DNA of 21,933 nucleotides from Deltaproteobacteria bacterium (GTDB lineage: Bacteria; Myxococcota_A; Polyangia; Haliangiales; JADYYK01): the NCBI GenBank assembly GCA_020853705.1, contig JADYYK010000107.1:1-21933 (forward strand), written 5' to 3'. The translations under genes were made by a program, and so were the position numbers. The notes beneath the pieces were generated by a model. It saw nothing but the letters and a program-made list of their open reading frames with translations. It ran no database searches and was not told the origin of the DNA. This document shows positions 5,665-15,262 of the stretch, one piece after another (position 1 is the stretch's first letter; the number at the start of each line of letters is the position of its first letter).

Positions 5665-7449
5665 TCAACCGAAGCGCGTGCGCAGGGTGCGCACCACCTC
5701 GGCCTCGCGGGCCAGGCGGCGGCGCTCGGCGCTGAGCAGATCGCTGCGGCTCAGGATGGCGACCACGGCGTGAGGCGCGGTGTGGCCCAGCACCGGGACG
5801 CGTCCGATGTCGGCCACCGCCATGATCTCCATGGCCTCGCGCACGGTGGCGTCCTCGCGCACCGCGTGCACCGGTCCGGTGTGCAGCGCGGCGCGCACGG
5901 GGGCGCCGCCGGGCCGCGCCTGGTCCAGGAGCTCCTCCCGGGTGACCATGCCGACCAGGAGGTCACCGTCGACCACCGGGAAGCTGTGGTGCACCGCCTC
6001 GGGGGCGTCGCTGGCCAGCCAGGCGCGCACCTCGGCCAGCGGGCGCTGCGCGCCGAGCGTGCTGGGCGGACGGCTGGCGACCTCGTGCACGCGGAGCTGG
6101 TGCAGCGGATCGATCTCGTACTCGTCGGGCACGCGGGCGCCGCGCCGGGCCAGCTTCTCGGTCATGATCGACGTGCGCATGGTCAGGCTGGCGCTCAGGT
6201 AGGCCGCGCTGCAGCCCGCCAGCAGCGGGAGCAGCCCCCCCTGGTGACGCGTGGTCTCGTAGGCGAACACGATCGAGGTCAGCAGTGCGCGCGAGGCGCC
6301 GGCGAACATCGCCGCCATGCCGACCAGGCCTGCGATGCGCACGTCGATGCCGAGGCCCGGCCACAGCGCGATCATGCCGCCACCGAGCAGGCCGCCGAGG
6401 CCCGCGCCCAGGGTGAACAGCGGCGCCAGCGTGCCGCCCGAGGTGCCGCTGCCCAGCGAGATGCTCCACGACACCCACTTGGCCAGCACCAGCAGCGCGA
6501 TGGCGCCGGGCAACATTGCGCCCGAGGCCAGCGCCTCGATGTTGTCGTAGCCGACGCCCATGGTGCGCGGCGACAGCCAGCCGATGACGCCGACCACCAG
6601 GCCGCCCAGCGCGGGCCACCACATCCAGTGCAGGCGCAGGTGCTCGAAGGCGTCCTCGACGGCGTAGACCAGGCGCGACACCCCGGCCGAGGCCACCCCG
6701 ATGACGGCGCCGATGAGGACATAGCCGAGCAGCGCCGCGCCCGCGGGCTCGCTGATGTCGGGCATCAGGAAGGCGGGGTGGCTGCCCAGGAAGGCGATGC
6801 GCACCGCGGCGGCGGTGGCGGCCGCCAGCGCGACCGGGATCAGCGAGCGCGGGCGCAGCTCGAACAGCAGCAGCTCGACGGCCAGCAGGACCGCGGCGAC
6901 CGGGCTGCCGAAGGTCGCCGACATGCCGGCGGCGGCGCCCGCGGCCAGCAGCGTCTTGCGCTCGCCGTGGGTGACCGGGAGCAGCTGGCCGAGCAGCGAG
7001 CCCAGCGCGCCGCCGGTGGCGATGATGGGGCCCTCGGCGCCGAAGGGGCCGCCGGTCCCGATCGAGATCGCGGCCGACAGTGGCTTGAGCAGGGTCATGC
7101 GCGCCGGGACCCGGCTGTCGTTGTAGAGCACCTGCTCCATGGCCTCGGGGATGCCGTGGCCGCGGATGGCGGGGCTGCCCCAGCGCGCCAGCACGCCGAT
7201 GAGCAGCGCGCCCGCGACCGGGACGCAGATGACCCAGGCGCCGAGGTGGTGGCCGGCGGGGCCGACCCAGCTGGCGCTGAGGCGGCCGTAGAAGGCCAGG
7301 TTGGTGATGAGGGCGATGAGGTGGGTCAACCCCTGCGCGGCCACCGCGGCGGCGGCGGCGATGACGACGGCGAGCAGCGAGATGGCGACCACGCGGGGGG
7401 TGATGACGGCGCGCGACGCCGAGGTCTGACGCGGGTCAGGTCCGGGCAT
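5665..7449 (-). CDS. ClC-family chloride channel / Cl-/H+ antiporter with a C-terminal CBS-domain pair
   Basis: ClC selectivity and gating motifs: RGHGIPEA (GSGIPE-type), GTGGPFGAEGPII (GxEGP with the gating Glu), GSGTSGGTLAPLF (GxFxP-type). More than 10 TM segments. C-terminal CBS-like segments (HHSFPVVDGDLLVGMVTREELL, VREAMEIMAVADIGRVPVL). Confidence 0.92.
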   Translation of the reverse strand: MPGPDPRQTSASRAVITPRVVAISLLAVVIAAAAAVAAQGLTHLIALITNLAFYGRLSASWVGPAGHHLGAWVICVPVAGALLIGVLARWGSPAIRGHGIPEAMEQVLYNDSRVPARMTLLKPLSAAISIGTGGPFGAEGPIIATGGALGSLLGQLLPVTHGERKTLLAAGAAAGMSATFGSPVAAVLLAVELLLFELRPRSLIPVALAAATAAAVRIAFLGSHPAFLMPDISEPAGAALLGYVLIGAVIGVASAGVSRLVYAVEDAFEHLRLHWMWWPALGGLVVGVIGWLSPRTMGVGYDNIEALASGAMLPGAIALLVLAKWVSWSISLGSGTSGGTLAPLFTLGAGLGGLLGGGMIALWPGLGIDVRIAGLVGMAAMFAGASRALLTSIVFAYETTRHQGGLLPLLAGCSAAYLSASLTMRTSIMTEKLARRGARVPDEYEIDPLHQLRVHEVASRPPSTLGAQRPLAEVRAWLASDAPEAVHHSFPVVDGDLLVGMVTREELLDQARPGGAPVRAALHTGPVHAVREDATVREAMEIMAVADIGRVPVLGHTAPHAVVAILSRSDLLSAERRRLAREAEVVRTLRTRFG

Positions 7450-7455
7450 TTATGG

Positions 7456-7477
7456 ATTCCATGGGATCCCATGGAAT
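7456..7477. promoter_or_regulatory. Perfect 22-bp AT-richer palindrome immediately upstream of the ClC start codon (candidate operator or RBS-proximal hairpin)
   Basis: ATTCCATGGGATCCCATGGAAT is its own reverse complement. It ends 6 nt from the ClC ATG (7449) and contrasts sharply with the flanking GC-rich DNA. A TTGACG hexamer (minus strand, 7499-7494) lies just upstream. Confidence 0.5.
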
Positions 7478-7513
7478 ATGACCGAGCGAGCTCCGTCAAG
7501 CCATGAGGTCGCG

Positions 7514-7632
7514 CGTCAGGCGTGCGCGGGCGTCAGGCGCGCGCGGGCGTCAGGCGTGCGCGGGCGTCAGGCGTGCGCGGGCGTCAGGCGTGCGCGGGCG
7601 TCAGGCGTGCGCGGGCGTCAGGTGGGGCAGGC
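7514..7632. repeat. Seven tandem copies of a 17-bp unit (CGTCAGGCGTGCGCGGG) between the MarR stop and the ClC upstream region
   Basis: Copies start at 7514, 7531, 7548, 7565, 7582, 7599 and 7616. Copy 2 has one T>C change. A degenerate partial copy contains the MarR stop codon (7634-7636). A period of 17 is not a multiple of 3, so the repeat is non-coding. Confidence 0.9.
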
Positions 7633-7633
7633 G

Positions 7634-8134
7634 TCAGCCGCGGCGGCGGCGGCTCGACGCCGGTCGCGGTGACTCTTCGAAGAACATCGTCGGCGGCTCG
7701 GCGTCGATGCCCATCGCCGCGGCCAGCGCCTCCATCGAGGTGCGCAGCGCCTTGCGCGTGGTCGGCGACAGCGAGCGGACGGCCGCGATGAGGCCGAACT
7801 GCACCGGCATCGGCGCCCGCGCGCACAGGGCGCGGCCGGCGGCGGTCAGCGACAGCTCGCGGCGGCGGCGATCGGTGCTCGACGGCGTGCGCGCGACCAG
7901 GCGGCGCGCGACCAGGCGCGCGACCACGACCGAGACCGAGCTGGGATCGGTCAAGGTGCGGCTGGCCAGCTCGGCCAGCGAGGCGGCCGGGGTGTCGCCG
8001 AGCTCGTGCAGCACGAAGAGCTGGGCCCCGCTCAGGCCGACGCTGTTCTCGGCGCGGTGGGCGGAGGTGCGCAGCGAGCGGACGATCCGTCGCAGCGCAT
8101 CGAGCGCATGGGAGGCATCGTCTCCAGCGTGCAT
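7634..8134 (-). CDS. MarR-family winged-helix transcriptional regulator
   Basis: LSGAQLFVLHELGDTPAASLAELASRTLTDPSSVSVVVARLVARRLVARTPSSTDRRRRELSLTAAGRAL is a typical MarR wHTH plus wing. ATG at 8134 (MHAGDD...) is preferred over the upstream ATG at 8236. Confidence 0.85.
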   Translation of the reverse strand: MHAGDDASHALDALRRIVRSLRTSAHRAENSVGLSGAQLFVLHELGDTPAASLAELASRTLTDPSSVSVVVARLVARRLVARTPSSTDRRRRELSLTAAGRALCARAPMPVQFGLIAAVRSLSPTTRKALRTSMEALAAAMGIDAEPPTMFFEESPRPASSRRRRG

Positions 8135-8304
8135 GGTTTCGGTGTTAAGCGACCGCCACACGTTCGTCAAGCGCAGACAATGCGCGCTCGCCCCGGACCT
8201 CATCGACCAGGGCAGATCGACCAGCGCACGCTGCATCGAGACGCGGAGAGCCGACAGGGCTGAAACCTGGCGGCCCTGGCGGCCCGCTCGCTATACTCGG
8301 CCAC

Positions 8305-11013
<2,709 letters not shown>

Positions 11014-11029
11014 CCGCCGGGCGGCGCGC

Positions 11030-12676
11030 TCAGGGCTGGGCGGTGGAGGCGAGGCGTAGCGTGGTGATGAGGGCGTGGCCGCCGTTGCGCGGCACGTAGC
11101 CGCCGTCGGAGCCGCTGCCGGCGCGGGTCTGCACGCGGCGCGCGTCGATGCCCTCGGCCACCAGGTACTCCTTGACCTTGCGCGCGCGGATGCCGGCCAC
11201 CGTGAGGGGGTGGTAGTTGTCGGTCTCGAGCGAGCCCGAGAAGCCAGTGACGCGGACGCCCAGGGTGGGGTCCTTGCGCAGGTCCTCGACCAGCACCTCG
11301 AGGAAGACGGCGGCCTTGGCGGAGACCACGGCGTCGTTGCTGGTGAAGCTGATCTTCAGCGGCGAGAGGCCGAGGTCGGTCCAGGTGGCGCCGTCGTAGT
11401 CGATGATGGGTGCGGGGCTCGGCTCGGGTGTCGGGTCGAACAGGGGGTCGGGGGTCGGGTCGGGCTCGGGCGTCGGGTCGGTGCTGGGCTCGGGCGTCGG
11501 GTCGAACAGGGGGTCGGGGGTCGGGTCGGGCTCGGGGCTGGGTGTCGGCTCGGGCGTGGTCGGGCTGGTGGCGTCGGGCGCGGCGGCGAGCGTGTCGTGA
11601 CGGGAGGGCTCGGGGCGCGTGGCCAGGTAGCCGACCACGCCGGCGAACACCACCACGGCGGCGGCGAGCGCGAGCCAGAGTGCGGAGCGGCTGCGGGCGG
11701 GCGGGGCCGTGGCCGTGCTGGTGGAGCTGATCGTGCCCGTGGAGGTGCTGGTGCTGGTGCTGGTGGTCGTGCCCGTGGACGTGCTGGGGCTGGTGGTCGT
11801 GCCCGGGGACGTGCTGGTGCTGGCCGCACCCGGCGCCGCGCGCAGGGCCGCGGCCATGTCGTCGCAGCTGGCGAAGCGCTGCGCCGGATCGACCGCGAGG
11901 GCGCGCTGGATCACCGCCGCGATACCGGGGTCCAGCCCGGGTCGCACCTTTTCGGCCGGACGCTGGCCGCCGCGCACGATCTTCTCCATCACGTCGAAGT
12001 CGCTGTCGCCAGCAAAGGCCAGCTCCAGGGTCGCCAGCTCGTACAGCAGCGCCCCCAGGGAGAACACATCGGAGCGCGGGGTGACCTCCTTGGCGCGGCG
12101 GATCTGCTCCGGGCTCATGTAGGACAGCGTGCCCAGGCGGGCGTCGGCGTGGGTCGAGCGCTTCTTGCCGCCGCCCGCGGCGGCCTCGACCTTGGCGATG
12201 CCGAAGTCGCTGACCTTGGGGATGAGCTGTGCGCCGGGGCGCCGCACCAGGAGGACGTTGGCCGGCTTGAGATCGCGGTGGATGACCCCGCGCGCGTGGG
12301 CGTGGCCGACCGCCGCCAGCACCGGCAGCATCAGCGCGCGGATGACCTCGGCGTCGGGGGGGCGCTTCTGCTCGGCCAGCCAGCCCTCCAGCGAGGGGCC
12401 ATCGATGAGCTCCATGACCAGCGCCGCGACCGAGGCGGTGGCCACGATGCCGGTCACCTTCACGATGTGCGGGTGATCGAGGACCTTGGCGCCCAGCTTG
12501 GCCTCGTCGAGGAAGCGCTGGCGGGCGTCGGCGTTGGCGCGCACCTCGGGCTCCAGGACCTTGAGCGCGTGCAGCGTCTCGAGCAGGGCGTGGCGCACGC
12601 GATAGACCCGCGCCATGCCACCGCCGCCGAGCTCGGCCTCGACGACGTAGTCCCCGATCTGGGTCCCCGGCTGCAC
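11030..12676 (-). CDS. Hanks-type Ser/Thr protein kinase with an S/T-rich linker, a TM segment, a Pro-rich repeat linker and an OmpA/MotB-like C-terminal domain
   Basis: ELGGGGMARVY...HALKVL, HRDLKPANVLL, DFGIAKV, GTLSYMSPEQ. TM segment ALWLALAAAVVVFAGVVGYLA. C-terminus VRVTGFSGSLETDNYHPLTVAGIRARKVKEYLVAEGIDARRVQTRAGSG resembles the OmpA_C peptidoglycan-binding pattern. I prefer the GTG at 12676 (VQPGTQIGDYVV, GGGGGA just upstream). The 645-aa ORF-track form would overlap the divergent receiver gene. Confidence 0.85.
   Translation of the reverse strand: MQPGTQIGDYVVEAELGGGGMARVYRVRHALLETLHALKVLEPEVRANADARQRFLDEAKLGAKVLDHPHIVKVTGIVATASVAALVMELIDGPSLEGWLAEQKRPPDAEVIRALMLPVLAAVGHAHARGVIHRDLKPANVLLVRRPGAQLIPKVSDFGIAKVEAAAGGGKKRSTHADARLGTLSYMSPEQIRRAKEVTPRSDVFSLGALLYELATLELAFAGDSDFDVMEKIVRGGQRPAEKVRPGLDPGIAAVIQRALAVDPAQRFASCDDMAAALRAAPGAASTSTSPGTTTSPSTSTGTTTSTSTSTSTGTISSTSTATAPPARSRSALWLALAAAVVVFAGVVGYLATRPEPSRHDTLAAAPDATSPTTPEPTPSPEPDPTPDPLFDPTPEPSTDPTPEPDPTPDPLFDPTPEPSPAPIIDYDGATWTDLGLSPLKISFTSNDAVVSAKAAVFLEVLVEDLRKDPTLGVRVTGFSGSLETDNYHPLTVAGIRARKVKEYLVAEGIDARRVQTRAGSGSDGGYVPRNGGHALITTLRLASTAQP
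11421..11536. repeat. Two 50-bp direct repeats (1 mismatch) at 66-bp period, inside the kinase Pro-rich linker
   Basis: 11421-11470 and 11487-11536 read GGCTCGGG(T/C)GTCGGGTCGAACAGGGGGTCGGGGGTCGGGTCGGGCTCGGG. On the minus strand this encodes a duplicated PEPDPTPDPLFDPTPEP. Confidence 0.85.
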
Positions 12677-12743
12677 GATTCCCCCAGGCCATACTACCCC
12701 GTGGCATGATGAAGTGATGCCTGGGGCCGAAGCGGGGGCAAGC

Positions 12744-13136
12744 ATGGCGGAGCTGTCGGTCCTCCTGGTCGAGGACAACGAGCAGAACCTGGAGCTGGCG
12801 CAGTTCCTCCTCGAGGAGGCCGGCGTCGCCGTCGCGGTGGCGCGCGACGCCGCCTCGGCGCGCGCGGCGTGGGGCCAGCCCGGCCTCGGCTGCGTGCTGA
12901 TGGACATGGATCTCGGCGGCACCGACGGCCTCACGCTGGTGCGCGAGCTGCGCGCGCAGCCGGCCACCGCGGCCCTACCGGTGATCGCGCTGACCGCCCA
13001 CGCGATGCGCGGAGACCGCGAGCGCTTCCTGGCCTGCGGCTGCTCGGGCTACATCGCCAAGCCGATCCAGCCCAGGCTGTTCGTGGACGAGGTCAGGAAG
13101 ATCGCCGGCGCAGGCGCAGGTGGAGGTGGCAGGTGA
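12744..13136 (+). CDS. Single-domain response regulator (CheY-like receiver)
   Basis: LLVEDNEQN, VLMDMDLGGTDG (phospho-acceptor Asp), VIALTAH, YIAKPI. Alternative starts are GTG 12714 and ATG 12717. The stop TGA overlaps the next gene's GTG (GTGA). Confidence 0.85.
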   Translation: MAELSVLLVEDNEQNLELAQFLLEEAGVAVAVARDAASARAAWGQPGLGCVLMDMDLGGTDGLTLVRELRAQPATAALPVIALTAHAMRGDRERFLACGCSGYIAKPIQPRLFVDEVRKIAGAGAGGGGR

Positions 13137-15112
13137 GCGCGCCGGACACTGGCGCGATCTCCCCTGACGAGCTGCTGGGCGCGCCCGGCTTCGTGCTGGC
13201 GGTGGACGACCAGGACATGAACCTCGAGCTGGTCGACGCCATCCTGGGCATGGAGGGCTTCGAGGTCCAGACCGTGACCTCGGGCGCCGCGGCGCTGGCG
13301 GCGGTGGCCAGGCGGCAGCCGGACTGCATCGTGCTCGACGTCATGATGCCGGGCATGAACGGCTTCGAGGTCGCGCGCCGGCTCAAGGGCGACCGGCATA
13401 CGCGCTGGATCCCGATCGTGATGCTGACCGCGCTCAGCGAGGTCGAGGCCAAGGTGCAGGGGCTGGAGGTCGGCGCCGACGACTTCCTCAACAAACCGGT
13501 GGATCGGCTGGAGCTCATCGCGCGGGTGCGCTCGCTGGTCAAGATCCGGCGCCTGCGCGCGGAGCTCGAGACCTCCGAGGACATCATCTTCTCGATGGCG
13601 CGTGCGCTGGAGAGCAAGAGCCCGGTGATGGCGGGCCACAGCGAGCGGGTCGCCGCCGGGGCGCTGCGGCTGGCCACCGCGCTGGGGCTGCCGGTCAGCG
13701 CCATCGACACCATCGGCAAGGCGGCCTGCTTGCACGACCTCGGGCAGATCGGCGTGCCCGAGCGGGTGCTGGAGGCGCCGCGCCCCCTGGCCGGCGACGA
13801 TCTGGTGGCGTTCCGGCCGCACGTCGAGATCGGCGCCCGCATCCTGGCCCCGCTCGAGGGCTTCGCCGGGGTGCGCGAGATCATCCGCCACCACCACGAG
13901 CGTCGCGACGGCTCGGGCTATCCCGATGGGCTGCGCGGCGAGGCGGTGCCGGTGGGCGCCGAGATCGTCGGGCTGGTCGACTGCTATGTCGATCTGTCGG
14001 CGCGCCAGGGTCGGGCGACGGCGGAGGCCGCGGTGCGCGAGATGGCCGGGCGCGAGTTCGGGCGTGCGCTGGTGATGAAGCTGCTCGAGCTGCCCGCGGT
14101 GCTGGCCGGCGAGCTGCCGGAGGGCGGCTGGGAGTCGCTGCTGCCGGTGGTGGCGCCGTCGCGCCCGGGGCGCATCGTGGTGGCCGACGACTCACCCAGC
14201 AACCGCGAGCTCCTGATGGAGGTCCTGACCTCGGCCGGGCACCAGGTAGTGGCTGTGAACAGCGGCGTGGCCGCGCGCCAGGCCATCGAGCGCGAGCTGC
14301 CCGATCTGGTGGTCACCGACGTGCGCATGCCGGGCCTCGACGGCTTCGAGCTGTGTCAGACCCTGAAGGCGCACCCACGCACCGAGCTTCTGCCCGTCAT
14401 CCTGGTCACGGCGGACAAGGGCGTCGATGATCGCAAGCGCGGGGTCGCGGTCGGCGCCGACGACTTCCTGCTGGTGCCCATCAACCACCAGGAGCTGGTG
14501 GCGCGCGTGCGCTCGCTGCTCAGGCTGCATCACCTGGCGCTCGATCTGGAGCATCACCAGGCCGTCATCCTGTCGCTGGCCAACGCCATGGAGGCCAAGG
14601 ATCCCTACACCCACGGCCACTCCGAGCGCGTCGGCGCCTTCGCCGAGTCGCTGGGGCGCCAGCTGGCGCTGCCCGAGGACACCTGTCAGCTGCTGCGGGT
14701 CGCTGGCTATCTGCACGACATCGGCAAGATCGGCATCCCCGAGCGGCTGCTGTGCAAGCCCGGCAAGCTGACCGCCGAGGAGTTCCAGACCATCGTCAGC
14801 CACCCCTCGATGGGCGAGGTGATCTGCCGCCCGTTGCGCACGGTGCGGCGCGTGCTGCCGCTCATCAAGCACCACCACGAGCGCTTCGACGGCACCGGCT
14901 ATCCTGACCACCTGGCCGGCGAGGCCATCCCGCTGGGGGCGCGGGTGCTGGCGCTGGCCGACGCTTATGACGCGCTGACCTCCGAGCGCAGCTACCGCAA
15001 GGCGCTGCCCCAGGCGGAGGCGCTGTCGATCCTGGCGCGGGAGACCGCGGACGGGAAGTGGGATCCGAAGATCTATGCGGCGCTGCGGGTGATGCTGGCG
15101 CGGACGGGGTAG
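13133..15112 (+). CDS. Tandemly duplicated REC-HD-GYP protein (REC, HD-GYP, REC, HD-GYP); putative c-di-GMP phosphodiesterase response regulator
   Basis: REC1: LAVDDQDMN / IVLDVMMPGMNG / MLTAL / NKPV. HD-GYP1: HSERVAAGA...CLHDLGQIG...HHHERRDGSGYPDGL. REC2: VVADDSPSN / VVTDVRMPGLDG / LVTAD. HD-GYP2: HSERVGAFA...YLHDIGKIG...HHHERFDGTGYPDHL. GTG start at 13133 in a GTGA overlap with the receiver gene's stop. Confidence 0.88.
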   Translation: MSAPDTGAISPDELLGAPGFVLAVDDQDMNLELVDAILGMEGFEVQTVTSGAAALAAVARRQPDCIVLDVMMPGMNGFEVARRLKGDRHTRWIPIVMLTALSEVEAKVQGLEVGADDFLNKPVDRLELIARVRSLVKIRRLRAELETSEDIIFSMARALESKSPVMAGHSERVAAGALRLATALGLPVSAIDTIGKAACLHDLGQIGVPERVLEAPRPLAGDDLVAFRPHVEIGARILAPLEGFAGVREIIRHHHERRDGSGYPDGLRGEAVPVGAEIVGLVDCYVDLSARQGRATAEAAVREMAGREFGRALVMKLLELPAVLAGELPEGGWESLLPVVAPSRPGRIVVADDSPSNRELLMEVLTSAGHQVVAVNSGVAARQAIERELPDLVVTDVRMPGLDGFELCQTLKAHPRTELLPVILVTADKGVDDRKRGVAVGADDFLLVPINHQELVARVRSLLRLHHLALDLEHHQAVILSLANAMEAKDPYTHGHSERVGAFAESLGRQLALPEDTCQLLRVAGYLHDIGKIGIPERLLCKPGKLTAEEFQTIVSHPSMGEVICRPLRTVRRVLPLIKHHHERFDGTGYPDHLAGEAIPLGARVLALADAYDALTSERSYRKALPQAEALSILARETADGKWDPKIYAALRVMLARTG

Positions 15113-15132
15113 GGCGGAGGCGGAAACGGCGC

Positions 15133-15229
15133 GGAGACGGAGACGGAGACGGAGACGGAGACGGAGACGGAGACGGAGACGGAGACGGAGACGGAGCGGA
15201 GACGGAGACGGAGACGGAGCGGAGACGGA
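15133..15229. repeat. (GGAGAC)n hexanucleotide microsatellite in the convergent intergenic region
   Basis: Ten perfect GGAGAC copies (15133-15192), then GGAGC, three more copies, GGAGC, one copy, and GGAC. The two 5-nt units break any reading frame, so the repeat is non-coding. Confidence 0.95.
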
Positions 15230-15262
15230 CAGTATCTCTAGCCCTTCGGGCTAGAGATACTG
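15230..15262. terminator. Perfect 14-bp stem hairpin shared by the two convergent genes (candidate bidirectional terminator)
   Basis: CAGTATCTCTAGCC-cttcg-GGCTAGAGATACTG. It is AT-richer than its surroundings. The 3' arm overlaps the last four codons and the stop of the minus-strand gene that ends at 15251. There is no U-tract. Confidence 0.55.

Noticed and set aside
4666-7506. Very long plus-strand ORF (946 aa) opposite the ClC and coiled-coil genes. Similar long ORFs lie at 649-2661(-), 8863-10548(-), 11075-12709(+), 11010-12707(-), 15499-17259(-) and 17909-20578(-).
   Set aside because: These are Arg/Ala/Gly/Pro-dominated, motif-free translations typical of shadow frames in high-GC DNA. 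Each lies opposite, or out of frame with, a gene that has clear family motifs and proper GC3 bias.
7514-7632. Tandem 17-bp repeats, and the hexamer array at 15133-15229, considered as a CRISPR array
   Set aside because: The repeats are directly abutting with no unique spacers. The units are far shorter than CRISPR repeats, and no cas genes are present.
7450-7633. A fluoride (crcB-motif) or other riboswitch in the ClC 5' region
   Set aside because: The region is almost entirely the 17-bp tandem array plus the palindrome. I see no match to the conserved fluoride-riboswitch core, and the channel has CBS domains typical of canonical ClC rather than the short ClC-F type.
11014-11029. A GC-only palindrome (GCCGCCGGGCGGC) between the two convergent kinase genes, considered as a terminator
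   Set aside because: The stem is very short, there is essentially no loop and no U-tract. It cannot be distinguished from background GC-rich self-complementarity.
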